Shown: piece after piece, positions 14,892 through 27,644 of the stretch
Layout: every line of letters begins with the position of its first letter
Position numbering within the stretch: position 1 is the stretch's first letter
DNA from: Antedon mediterranea
Lineage: Eukaryota; Animalia; Echinodermata
Direction of reading: 5' to 3'
DNA: 64,000 nucleotides
NCBI RefSeq assembly: GCF_964355755.1
Contig: NC_092670.1
Coordinates: 16,168,795-16,232,794 of the forward strand
The notes under the pieces: generated by a model
Database searches by the model: none
What the model saw: the letters and a program-made list of their open reading frames with translations, nothing else
Told to the model about the DNA's origin: nothing
Program-made: the position numbers and the translations under genes

Positions 14892-14997
14892 AAATATTGA
14901 TGCGAATTATTTTATCATTTATCGAATGAATTCAAAGCTTATAATTATGCTTACCACGAAAAAACATCTTTCGTGGCGTACTTTAGTCCTCTAGGCC

Positions 14998-15134
14998 TAA
15001 AGCTCTGTCTAAAAAATGTGATGTATATAGACATGATTATGTCATATCACTACCATAATTAAGCATATCACTGCCATATTTAAGCACATCACAATTTTTT
15101 GTCAAACTAGTTTGATAGTGTAGACAGAGCTTTA
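14998..15134. mobile_element. MITE family A copy 2
   Basis: TAA-AGCTCTGTCT...AGTTTGATAGTGTAGACAGAGCT-TTA with a left internal deletion and 21-bp internal subrepeats. Confidence 0.85.
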
Positions 15135-18100
15135 GCCTAATCATTTCACGCGCAATGAAAACATACCCCTTTTTTGATAACTTGTTATTCATGTATGCGA
15201 ATCTCCTTTATAATACGCTGAAGATGTAATAATATCGAAAGCGTTGTGTTTCGCTGACTAAAATTAAAATCGGCAACAGAAGCAGTCGGGGTTATGTTAC
15301 CTTAAGAAACGAAATATATTACTATTTTTACGTAATGAACCATCAACGAATAATGATTACTAATCAATAATACCTCACTTGCAATCTGCCCAATCAAATT
15401 GAAAAAATTGTATTGTTCTAATTTAGGAAATCATAAATCGAAAGGGATATTGTTTCTACTACTGTCTTGCTTGTCTTTACGGTTTTATTGTATTTTTATC
15501 AATCAAGTAATTCTAATTTAATTCGCAACACAATGGTATTTATTTTACATTTCAATTTCGGAAGTATATATCTATAGCAATACAAAAGAAAACACAGAAA
15601 CAACAGCAAACAATTATTTTTACATTTAGGCCTACATTTATTTGTTTACGTTATTTGTGTGAAATTTCTACTAATAGATTAGTGTTGAAGCAAAAACAAA
15701 TAACAAATAATTCATATGATTTCGAGAAGAAAAAGAAACAAACAATATAATTAAAATAATAATGTATATTAACACAGTGATGAAAATACCTAAAAGGTAC
15801 AAAACAAGCAAAAATTGGAAGTGTTTCATCCAACAGCTTTTGATAAGTTAAATTCAAGTTTATGATTATAATTTTTTGGTTATAACTTTTTCAAATTTCA
15901 TTTTTATAATGGTGAAACTTAAATTGAACAGTTTCAGCGAACTTGTAACTGTACCGTATAACTCAAATGCATACCCTTACTGGCGTAGTAATTTAACACA
16001 CAATTGCTCTTTTCCATTAATGCGCATAGAAAAGTAAAACAGTATTGATTCTACGCATATAAAACAATCATCATCTTTATTGACAATTTGCTTGTCTTGT
16101 TTCGGTTTTACTAATGTCTACAAAAAAAAGTAACAAAACCAAGTGTACCAATTACATGATAATTTAGCACTTAGTTCTGGACTGAAGTGTTTGGAAAAGC
16201 TAATTTCGTTTACAGCACAATGTAAATAAATCGCACAAGCTGCGTATAATTAAAACAACACTCAGAGTTATGATCAACGACCTCTCAGAGAGGCAAACTA
16301 GGCCCAGACAAATATTATTCTATTATACGTTTAAGGGGCTTAGATCAGGTGACGCGGGTAGGTTATCTCGAACAATGAGGACACGTCTTTAAGGTTGTGT
16401 TCACACTTAACTTAAAGTACTGTCTGCGTAATACTAGAATTGTTCTACTTTCAAAACATTATCTTAGTTTGCATTTAATTGACGCATTCAAATAAATATG
16501 ATTTTGTATAAAACACAGCAAAAATAAAACAACATTTCCTTTATTTGAAACGAGGATAAAATGAAATTATTAGTAAAAACAACATAATAAATGTGTATAG
16601 ATGTTTATTAGATGTTGTTAAAGTAAACTTTAATAGTGTGAATGGCTCTTTATTTTTTCTCTCTTATTGTTCACGTTTTTATCGTATCATATGTCCAAAA
16701 TCATTTAAGCGCTATTGATTGCCAAATTTCTCTAACATCTTCAAATTAGGGCTGCCAGCGGTTTAGCATATTCTGCCGCCTTCGGCAATCGCGATGCCGT
16801 TGATCATTGCGACTTAATATGAAGCGATCAATTCTGACAATCGGATTCGCATTTTATTCAAAGAGACGAATATGTTACACAAATGGTTACAATCATTCTG
16901 ATATCATGTTGATGTCTATTTTTCACAAAAAAACCCTTATTAATATGAAATATAAAATATCAAAATTAAATACAAATTTGTTCATCTATGTTTCATTCTA
17001 AACAATAATGAAAATCAATTACTATAAACCAATTAATCATTAGTAATGAAAGCTCGAATAGGTATAGGTCTAGGTTTCGTTGATGACGGAAGTGTATACA
17101 GTTACCTTTTTTTAAATTATATTTTATACATATTGATAATTTGTTTGATTAAAGTATGTAGCCTATACAGTATTACTAAAATATTATTTTACTAAGTATA
17201 ATAACTGATGATATTTTCACTTACACGCCCTCTATAGATAACTATAAAATATTGTATTAGCGGCTGTTACTGTGGAACACAATTTATAAACTGAGACCAG
17301 GAACTCTATATTCCCATACTAAATACATCTGTAAAAAAACAGTCAAACCAAAAATAATATGATTTTTATTTATGTATTATCATCGCCACGTACATGTTAG
17401 GTAAAATAATACCGACAAGAATTCAAAAATATTATTCAACAATAATATTAATCTTAATAAACGTAATTACGTTGATTAAAACAATTATCGTTATTGTATA
17501 AACATTACAATTAAACTGTATAACTTGTCGATTTTTTCACCTCATTAGCATTCATAAATCTGCACACGCTCATAAATATTCATGTATTTTTATCACATCT
17601 ATGAAATCGAATTAAGCGAAATGAGAGTTGGGGGATGAAATTATAACGATGAATATGATAGTTTAATTAACTTAGATATCTCTATCATGTAATTTTCTTC
17701 AATATATGCGGTAAAAAGTTTTGATAATTTAAAATCAACATATGGAAGCGAAAAATAAACGAATTACCAACAGATTGACACAAATAAATGTATGAATAAT
17801 ACACGAAATCTATCTATATGTTTTCTAATATAATTTTGAAAACGAGAATATTACCGGTGATTTATAGTAATCTGTTTTCCAGTACCCGGATGGAAAATTA
17901 AATACGTATATAATGTCGATACATAGAGAATACAGATCGAAGGACCGTGGAAGGAATATACAAAGTCTATATTAAATAATATAAGCACTTCATATAGGAT
18001 TGGTCATGTAACGATTTGATTATATTAAATGTCCCAGTTATTATTAATTAGGACTTTATTTATATTGGGGCGCCACCAATTAATGTTATCGGATGTTTAT

Positions 18101-19814
18101 TAGTCTCCAGGCTACAGTTCATTAGACGAAATTTCATCAGCACTGCAATATGACTTGTTCTATATTCAGTTTGGCGTGTTTTAACATATCATTCTGTCAT
18201 GTTCGTTAATCATTTTCATCTATATAATTCGCATCGACTCTTAGTTTAACCAACTGTATTCTATTGTAATTTTTGCAATTATATATAATTTTCAAACGTA
18301 CCCATAATGTAATTTGTCCCCTTGAGGGTCTGTACAACTTCATTTTATTTGTCAAAGCTGATTTTGATAGATTCGCAGCTTAGTGGATGTTGATTTGACT
18401 AACTGACATGCAAAATCAAATCATCGTCTGTAGTTTTTCTCCCGCGCTATCAATTAGACGTTTGTGCTCCAGGCTTTCAGCTATGCAAAACTGCGCACCG
18501 ACTCACGCCACAAAACCATTAGTCAATGATGAACATTACGGTCGTTCTCGAGAAAGTGCGTACATTAATTGACATTATTCGAGTGTTTGGCTAGCAATCT
18601 GATCGTGATTGTAGCGAAGCATTTAGTTTGCCTACGCTTTCGGCGAAATCAGCACATTATTTAATCAATACAGGTTTGATGCTACGCCTTGCATGCGAAC
18701 GCGTTTCAACTTCGTGTCTTGTGTTACTAACCTAATTGTAGTATTAGTGTTTAATTTAATCATGTTGGCGTGAGATTGCGTTTGGATAATAGTTGTTGAC
18801 GTGGCGTATGCTCTATTAATGGCCGTTTAATTCGATGTAAAACAAGTGATTTTAGCAAGTCAATCAATTGTCTACATTCACTGATTTTTGACAGCGAGCG
18901 AAAATCTCTCGAAGCAAAAATTTACATTTCATTCGAAAACTGTGTTTTCTCTTAAACTGAAGCGTTATGGGTCGTGCGCAGCATCATAATTTGTTTTCAA
19001 TAACGTATCATACATGAAGGATTAAGCGCTTGGAAGAAACGGTCATAAAGCGCCAAAACTATACGTGTTGCAGCACGCAAGTACGTGCGGCACGTACGAC
19101 GCGAGCTTTACTAGTCGAAACTGAAAAGGATTTACTTTTTAACATAATAAAATAAAACAATAACAATTGTAAATACTTGATTTTTATTGTAATGTTTTTA
19201 CACAGTAACTATCCATCCAAATTATTAATTTAAAGTATTGAAGAAAAAAAAGCCCAACAACGCTATTTAGCCCGGCACGGCGAAACAAATCGGTTTGAAA
19301 TAATCAACAGATTGTCAGTGATACTAGCAAAAGCCACTATAACGCCACAAGAAAAGATACCATAATGTGTTGTTACAATGTTGGTAATTGGACACTAAAC
19401 AAACGGTAACTGGAAACGAAATACAAATTGACCAACTAACTTTATTGTTCTGAATTGACTCGGCTGCAAAATGATTTGACATTCAATCACCTTATAAAGA
19501 GAGATCGCGTGCTGGTAATCGGGTGCTCTAACAGAACGAAATATGTCTTTATTGCACATATAAAGCGTGGTAGATCGTATGCGAAATTATAATACTATGA
19601 TGTGAAAGAAAACGAAGTAAATTCTACCACATTTGCTTTGAGTGCTGTTAAGCTATAGATGTATTATATGAAAAGCATTTATGAAAAAAAAATGAATTGA
19701 ATAAAAAACAAAACGAAACAGATATCGCGTCATAAGCAGGTGACTGTAGGAGGCCTACGGTATAGATATGCACTGTTATTTTAATATGTGAAAGAAAAGC
19801 GAAGTAAATTAAAC

Positions 19815-19929
19815 TAAAGCTCCGTCTACACTATCAAACTAGCTTGACAAAAAAAGGTGTGATATGCCCAAATATGGTAGTGATAGGATTTTTTGTGAAA
19901 GAAAGTTTGATAGTGTAGACAGAGCTTTA
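19815..19929. mobile_element. MITE family A copy 3
   Basis: TAA-AGCTCCGTCTACACTATCAAACT...AGTTTGATAGTGTAGACAGAGCT-TTA; 23-bp TIR with one mismatch. Confidence 0.9.
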
Positions 19930-20585
19930 CTTCATTGCTGGTACTAATTAATATTAGGCTACGGTACCTAATGTAATAATACGAAAGCTGAAAATGTAGA
20001 TACAACATGAAGTGATTTACTCGGAAAATGATAGGCATGTAAACGAAGCAGGTCTCGCGTCATAAACGGATTAACGAAAGATTTATCAATCTGAAATATG
20101 CATACTATTGATATTAGTATGCATATCTGATATTAATGAAGCTGAAATATAAAGATCGAAAACATTTGCAGCAAGATTACATTATTCATATTATTGCAGT
20201 ATAGGGCTCTTGACTTTTGTGTCACAATGAAATTAAGATGTGAATTCATTAATAGGAGAACACTTAGTAAAATTACTTTATCGTCTAATTATAATACTTG
20301 TGTATTCAGTATTTAAATTGTTTTTCATCATTTAATATATGTTTGCTATAGAAGAATCCTTGTTTTCTTTTATTTCAAGTATTGTTTACATTTTTTCCAA
20401 TAATGTAAATTGCAGAATACATAAATTTCAAATTTGGATAAAATGGAAATTATGTTATGAAACCGATGCGTTTCATAATTACATCATTTATCAAACCATA
20501 CTTTTAATTTTGCTCTTCAAATTTGATTAATAATTATTTGTAATTATTGTTAAAAACTAACCAAAACATTTGTTTTATCTTTCAG

Positions 20586-21401
20586 GTTTGGTTCCAGAAT
20601 CGAAGAGCAAAGTGGCGAAAAAAGGAGAACACGAAAAAGGGTCCCGGAAGGCCAGCTCATAATGCACATCCAACTACATGCAGCGGCGATCCGATCCCGC
20701 CCGAGGAACTGAAACACCGCGAGCAACTTAAGTTAGAAAAGAAACGACAGAAGCAGGAGGAACGTGCTCGAAAAGCATCAATGCGACAAAATCTAAAGAA
20801 AGGGTTGAAACTCGTCAGCACCGATGTTCGTGATGCGCCATCGGAGGCATCAATCGAAACAGAGCGAACCGACAACGGATATGAAAACGCAAGTATGACG
20901 TCACCGATAGGAAGTTGTCAAGATGGAGAAATAATTGAACAAAATTCATCTAAATTAGAAGAAACAAAAGAAATTGAGAACAATGACACTGAGTTAAGAA
21001 GGTCACCGTCACTGAAGAATGCGCGACCGAGTTTAGTATCGCCGACGGGTAGACCAACAGAACAGAGAAACGAAAAAAGAAAACTTTTTAGCATTGATAG
21101 AATACTAGCAACAAATGGCGAATCCGCTAAGAAAATCCCACATAAACTACCTCCAACGAGTGTATCCCCAAAATTTAGGCCTAATTTGTTTTTCCCGGTA
21201 CCAGCATCGTTGTTGCATAGTTACGCCGCCTGTAATCCAGGATTGTTGCCCTATGAGGGTCTTCTTCACACCTCGACGTTTTTGAACTCTTTACCTCTTT
21301 CTTTCGGTGAAAATAGAAAGTCAATGAGCGTAGAAGTGCTAAGAAGGAAAGCGGAACAACACAGGGCAGCCATAGCCAGTCATAAAATGGAAACAGAATA
21401 A
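20586..21401 (+). CDS. Uncx: Uncx/unc-4 coding exon 3: homeodomain helix 3 (Q50), Uncx-conserved extension, eh1-like and OAR-like motifs
   Basis: Acceptor ttttatctttcAG (ends 20585), phase 0 at the PRD-class intron position between HD residues 46 and 47. VWFQNRRAKWRKKENTKKGPGRPAHNAHPTTCSGDPI is the Uncx post-homeodomain motif. Stop TAA at 21399-21401. Confidence 0.95.
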   Translation, partial: VWFQNRRAKWRKKENTKKGPGRPAHNAHPTTCSGDPIPPEELKHREQLKLEKKRQKQEERARKASMRQNLKKGLKLVSTDVRDAPSEASIETERTDNGYENASMTSPIGSCQDGEIIEQNSSKLEETKEIENNDTELRRSPSLKNARPSLVSPTGRPTEQRNEKRKLFSIDRILATNGESAKKIPHKLPPTSVSPKFRPNLFFPVPASLLHSYAACNPGLLPYEGLLHTSTFLNSLPLSFGENRKSMSVEVLRRKAEQHRAAIASHKMETE

Positions 21402-21865
21402 ATTTAAAACATTTAAATATCATATAAAACGTGCTTATTATTTAACTGTTAAGAAAAAAAAACTTATTGATTTGATATGAATGGCAATGTTGTATTACCG
21501 GTTACAATGATGAGGTGCCTCGCAAATATGGATATAAAATGAGTACATGGAAACACCGTAAATGGTGTTTTCATGACGGTGCGTCGTTTCCATGAGGCAC
21601 TGCGGCGTTCATACATTCTAAAATTTTACGAAGTAATTACTATTAAATATTATTTACAAATAATTTGTATAGGAAATAGAGACATATAGGACGTAATGTT
21701 CTCATAAAAATCGTAGAAGGATAAACGGTATTAAATCATCCAAGTATACTATATTAATATTGTTCAAATTACATGACAGGTCTTTTAAAATTATTATAAC
21801 ACTACAGTTTGTCCACATAGTTTGATAATATTTTAATAATAATGTAATACAGTTGCCATTGTTTT

Positions 21866-21947
21866 AAGCTTCATTCCACACAACGCAAGACATTTGACCA
21901 ATCACAAGCGATACATTATTCGAACTTTCGCTTGTCCTAGTGGCAAC
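21866..21947. mobile_element. Degenerate family B remnant in the putative Uncx 3' UTR
   Basis: caacgcaag...TTGACCAATCACAAGCGAT..ttattcg matches the interior of 27645-27812 (19-bp exact core). Confidence 0.65.
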
Positions 21948-22528
21948 AGTACTGAAATGCTTTAAACTAGTAGAATATGAAATCAACATAAACTTATTAT
22001 AACACAGTGATAGCAAATCTTTATAAATGCATTCAGTACTTTTTTGGCACTTTTTTTTTATTAAAAAAAAAAATAACGAATTTGTCAGCTAAATTAAAAA
22101 ATTGTTTCAGATTTTCTATCCAGAGTTATTATGTAATTGTTTTACTATTATAGTTCTTTTGCATCACTTCGAAACGTTACTTGTTTACTGCAGTAATCGG
22201 CTTTAGTTCCTGCTCTTATGTAAAGTATAAACAAAAAAACGTCAGCGAAATACACTATTTGCTAATATATGTTACAGTTTATTGAATAACAGGTAAATAA
22301 TGAAGAGCAATAAACTTACTGCAGTAATTGCAGTAAAGGGCGGTACCAGAATGTAATTTCTTGAAGAAAAGTTCGGATATTATCTTGATAGTTTAAAGTG
22401 TATATTTTGAATGTATAACAATTATGTTAATATATTAAACAAAATGTAAAGATTTGATAATTATTGCTATTATTGAATATTTGTAAATATTGGTAAGTAA
22501 TTTAAGAAATATTACATGTTGTGTTTTA

Positions 22529-22534
22529 AATAAA
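22529..22534 (+). terminator. Candidate polyadenylation signal of Uncx (3' UTR about 1.1 kb)
   Basis: AATAAA followed about 20 nt later by a T/GT-rich tract (tttcattttttgtttgtgtg). Other AATAAA copies occur at 21397 and near 22309. Confidence 0.35.
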
Positions 22535-22964
22535 AAAGATATAAATATCATTTCATTTTTTGTTTGTGTGTACTATTTTACAATTTTGATAGTATTCCAA
22601 CTTAAAAAACTCCTTTTATTTCAGAAAAACCCCACAAATTTTGTTTTATCAACATTTATTGATAAGCTTTGTGTTTTTCGTGGTTCTATTGATACCGTTG
22701 CTTCATTTTCCAGATTCCTTTTCGTCACATCTTATATGTAAAGAATTGCAGAAATAAAATATCCACGGAAAGCCGTATCGATTTACAAGCCAAACAAATA
22801 CGTATTAGGGCCTATACCAATAAGGTGAATAAGGTGTTTAAAAAATATTATTAACAACGATAAATGTAATGCAATACCACCTGCACGCGCGAATTATTAG
22901 ACAAATATTCAGCTATACTCATGGTAAGTACTACTAGTGTGGTTCACTTGTCCTCGATTTTGTC

Positions 22965-23107
22965 TAAAGCTCAACACTAATATGGTAGTAATATGCTTAA
23001 ATATGGTAGTGAATACGCTTAAACATGGTAGTGATATGACACATCATGTTCTTATATGGGCATATCACATTTGTCACATAAAGTTCGATAGTGTAGACAA
23101 AGCTTTA
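22965..23107. mobile_element. MITE family A copy 4
   Basis: TAAAGCTC...; three 21-bp subrepeats; right TIR agttcgatagtgtagacaaagct-tta. Confidence 0.8.
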
Positions 23108-23293
23108 CAAACGAGTTCGTAACTTTGATTCAATTGCGCTTATTTTAAACCAGAAATTGTTTTACATTTCATACGCATCCAACAGCGGAGAACCTATAGG
23201 CAATTACAGGGAAATGTAAGTTTAGCCGTAACTGCTAAATAAAATCTCACTTAGGCTTTGAAGGGGAGTAGAAAGAGTCGTGAGATTCGTAAA

Positions 23294-23357
23294 CACTAGG
23301 TCAAGATTGAACCATGGACTTTAGGATTAGAAGGCATACACGTTAACCACCAGGTAT
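23294..23357 (-). mobile_element. Degenerate tRNA-derived SINE head
   Basis: The minus strand reads cctggtggttaacgtgtatgccttctaatcctaaagtccatGGTTCAATCttg, giving A-box-like and B-box-like motifs at tRNA spacing. There is no intact cloverleaf. Confidence 0.4.
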
Positions 23358-25550
23358 ACAGTTAAATGTTACAGTTAATCGGTGAAGTAAGCCTGTTTCT
23401 TTTAGTTGTTTCCTTATTTAGGGAAATTAATTTATAGATGCTTTTGTAAAAAAACTTTTAGTTTATCTAACCTTAGCATATTAATGACAGCTTGAGGCAT
23501 TGACCAATTGTAAACCAATGTTTACGTTTCTGCTTCTATTCTTAGAGGATTAACTGAACTACGATAATTGAAAATGCAAAATAAATTCCGTGTACAGTGT
23601 TCTTCGAACACAATACATCTTCTAACCCTTTTCCTTACAGGATTTGTGTCAGTATAGTGGTAAAACTCAATGAAATAGTTAATGGCTCACTACCTCACCT
23701 CAGCTTATATAAACATGTCAACACAACCGATTCAAACCCACATATAAATTGATTACCTTAATCTGACCGTAAAAAAGAAACACGAGAAATTGTGATTGAT
23801 ATGTTTCTCTCAGTTGATTTGTTTGGACAGAACAAATGTCGGAGTTAATTCCGTGGAAAGTTTCCTTACAATTTCAGAATTCCGCGTCGTTGGAGTATAG
23901 CTGTAATAAACACATCAGTGAATGGTTGGTTCGTAATAGACGTTTCTGGCTTAAAAGACTAACATGGCGTTAATAATCACAGTCAAATAATCACGTTTCA
24001 AAATCACAAACTTAAAAGAAATAAGAATTTAATGAAATGAAATTGACTCGTTGCTAATTTTGATAGATCAAGCCAACTATGATAGATCTAATCATGGATA
24101 TGTTTGTTTTCTCTGCGTAAGTTTATCTCAACGATTTAACTCGATCTTACATCAGGAAAGAGTTTTCTGCTTTCATAAAGTTGGTATAAAAATGATAATT
24201 ACCGATAATTTTATGATTATAATAAAACAAATACATAATCATAAATATTACGGCTTCTCAAAACATGTAAAAATGTACAGTGTATAGTCTCTATTATATT
24301 TTAGAGTTGAAAGAGGTCATATATTTACCAATTGGAATTAAAAAGAACTTTTGTATAATTTGTCTAGTGATAGATTATTTTCAGCAGCGTAACACGTCAG
24401 TATTCTTAAACTTCTTCACTAAGTGAGCAAATGTAATTAATTCCTTTTTTTGTGTAATTATAGTTACTATATTTGGCTATGAAATTCAATGAGAAAGTGT
24501 TTTATTACTAAACTCATTTTTTATTTCGTTCATAATCCATTTTCCAAAAAAATTAATCACAACTATAAAGCCTAATCGAGTTTTTCTCTTTGTTCAAATT
24601 CAGTATAATTTTATACTCCCAATATTCCCTTTTGTTTGTCTTCTTCTGATACAGAAAAAAATATATCTGTATAATAGTAATAGACACATTAATATCTCAA
24701 TTGTCAGTTACAATACGCGCGTACGAAAGCGTACATCAAAGCTTGAACGCGCGCGTCAGTGTGATGCTCTTCATCCCTGACGTACTTATAATACTATTTC
24801 TATTTCTGAAAAGTTATCTTTCGAAATCGGTTGCTTAGTCTTCTTACTTTTTTGTACATTTCAAAAACATATTCATTGCAAACATTTATATTAGCGCGTG
24901 TATATACTTTTTTCCCCCTTGGTTTATTATAAAACGCTTCTGATTAAAATTCATTTATAAGTAGCAAACAGTGTAAGTATTTCCACAATCCAATAATGTC
25001 GATATTATTTAATAAAACTCTCAATCATATTACACCATTAATCCAGCTAAAACCCAAGGCTGCCCTGTCATCTCTTTTGTGTTGTTAAATTGATATCTTA
25101 ATACAAATGATATTTAATGAAAAACTCTTAACGAAAGCCCACTCCACAACAGCCGAAATTTATTTCGCCGGAACTGTTATATGTGAAATGTATCATGTTC
25201 GTGTTTATAATTTGTACTTGGCGTATCTTATTGCTTCCTTCGCATTTTGTATATTGGTTTTTTTATCCAATCTATTACATTATATCTAAATTAATAACAA
25301 GAAAGTACACATGCCACATTATAAGGTTATATTTCTATAATAACTAAATTGACGACAAATATGTTTTGGTAAATTAATATTAATATGAGGAAAATGCATA
25401 GACTAATATATAAGTTATTGGTGTCGTTTGTAATGATTAAATATTATTTATATGCCAATCAACCAATCAATCAATCAATTAATCAATAGATTGACATCTA
25501 TTTCTAACAGTGCCACATCGGTATGTGGAGAAATGTACTTTATCCATGTG

Positions 25551-25673
25551 TAAAGCTCTACTATCAAACTTGCCCAAATACGGTAATGATATGCTTAAAT
25601 AAGGTAGTGATATGACATCATGATGTCCATATATGGGCACATCACATTTATTTTGTTTGATAGTGTAGCTTAA
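25551..25673. mobile_element. MITE family A copy 5
   Basis: TAA-AGCTCTACTATCAAACT...GTTTGATAGTGTAGCT-TAA with family interior and shortened TIRs. Confidence 0.8.
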
Positions 25674-26641
25674 GAAGAATAACACTTTCTTGTATAACAA
25701 CAACATGATTCATATAAAATGTCTTTTTAATATTTACCAAAACTAGAGTTTCCAAGAGCAACAAATGTTGTTTTATTCATCATAAATTTTCTGTTTTATT
25801 GTTACTAAACACAATAGTAGTTTATATGCATGTGTCAACATTGGAGAATCAGTATTAGACAAATGTTTGTCTACATGAGAATTGAATAGCGAATAAAGTT
25901 CAGAATTCTAGGTCGGTATTCGTCATTAAGACATTCTCAACTTTACTTTATTTTTATTTAGAAAAAAACAGTGTGTAACACAAAGCTGACTATAAATGTT
26001 GCTGTCAATATCTAACAATGTTATTTATATACAACAACAAAAATAACTCGTTAAATGATACCGATGTTTTAAAGTAGTGTGAAGGAACTATAGAGTTTAA
26101 TACACTGTTGTGGCAAATGAATTTAAACAATATAGTAATAGTTTGTAAATTACTTTAGTAATATATTTTTTTGAATTGTAATCTAAAAAAAAAAGAACTA
26201 ATCACTCATCTTGAAGACAGACACCTTTACTTTAATTAACTGATCTTTAATTAAGACTATTTGCTTGTACTTAATGATGCTAATTTGTGTACTTTACCAA
26301 GAGATTCAAGCTATTCGATCCATGCACACTCTATTAAAAGTTAACAGGTTGCGCGTGTATGGTTAAAGCGTATACAACCTTTCTTTTCATTGTCTCCAAA
26401 ATCTATTAAATCTATCGCGATATTAATAATGAATCGTTATTCCAGTTTTCAGAGAGTTTTTTCCCAAATAGTTCATATTGATAGATGTGTTATTTGTTTC
26501 TTTGTTATTATTCCAAACGATTATATCCATCGTACCAGTCCAGGGTACCTCACTAATCATTTTTAAAGTATACATATTTATTAATACAAATAAATGAGAG
26601 TATTTCAAATTTTAAACTGGATGAGCCGGTGCTAGGCCTAA

Positions 26642-26800
26642 AGCCGATTTTCCACTAGGCGAATTTGTTCGCGCGAATCGAAGGCGTCAGCTAATACGCA
26701 TGCGTAGAGAAGGATTTGGAAGACGTAAACATGAATACACATGCGTACAAGCTGGCGCGTTCGATTCGCGCGAACAAATTCGCCTAGTGGAAAATCGGCT
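26642..26800. mobile_element. MITE family C (PIF/Harbinger-like), apparently young
   Basis: Perfect 41-bp TIR AGCCGATTTTCCACTAGGCGAATTTGTTCGCGCGAATCGAA, imperfectly extending to about 65 bp. TAA TSD on both sides (26639-41 and 26801-03). Confidence 0.92.
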
Positions 26801-27644
26801 TAAGCTTATGCTGGAATAGATATATGTGTATACGGAGAGAAACAAGTCACAGTTCTATAGGCCTTGCTTACCTCAAATAGATAAATTATGAATATATATA
26901 ATTAATAAAAAGGGAGTGAAAAAGCAAAAATATGAGTGAAAAAAAATCGCGGTACACCACCCTCCGGTGCATAACATTGCAGTTCATATCATATTACCCT
27001 CATGCCAAATACCCTTGCCTAGACTGTTGCCTACTGTTCCATTTTTCGTATTTCATATTATCTTAAATTTGGCAGTTTATTTTTAATCCATGTTATGCAC
27101 TAAATAAATAAAACAAAATTATTTATGACTATGCGTATTAAAGTTTATGATGCAATGCGATGTAATGGTTACTGCTAATATAGAAAACACAATAGATAAT
27201 GCATGCCTTTAATTAATATTCACCACTACCCTTTGTCTTTTTTATGTACGGCCTTTCTTCGTGTATTTCATGCATGTAAACCTAAATTTAATTCCTCGTC
27301 AATTACAGCACTTGATAAGCTTTTAGTTTCTGTGACTGTGTGATGTAACGTTTGTAAATGCCCATAGCAAAAGTATACTTCTTTTAATCTGTCTGAATAA
27401 TAACATCATATCTCTATATACGAACGAACGAACATACCAGCTTTTATTTTCATTTTCAAGTATAAGTCAGTCGTTTATAATATTTTTATGAATAAATAAT
27501 AAAGAAAATTGACCTATATTAATATATTGTTATATAATAATTATGATATTATATTATAATGATGTTCACATATACTAAATTTATGTTTAAAAAATACACA
27601 AGATCCGCAGCTTTGTTTTTCCCTTCTTCGAATATTATTCTTTA

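Larger units (their letters stand above)
12289..20585 (+). other. Uncx intron 2 (phase 0, 8.3 kb, within the homeobox)
   Basis: GTAAGT...TTCAG boundaries. The homeodomain is contiguous after splicing (RVQ|VWFQN). Confidence 0.93.

Noticed and set aside
20547-20585. N-terminal 13 aa of the 284-aa ORF
   Set aside because: This is intronic sequence (TTG start, pyrimidine tract and AG). The real exon begins at 20586.
21397-21402. AATAAA overlapping the stop codon as the main poly(A) signal
   Set aside because: It follows from GAA-TAA plus A in AT-rich DNA and lacks a clear downstream GT-rich element.
20657-21423. Antisense ORFs of 72 and 80 aa
   Set aside because: Shadow frames of Uncx exon 3 with no independent support.
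23294-23357. Functional tRNA gene
   Set aside because: Only box-like motifs are present and acceptor and anticodon stems could not be formed. Kept as a SINE remnant.
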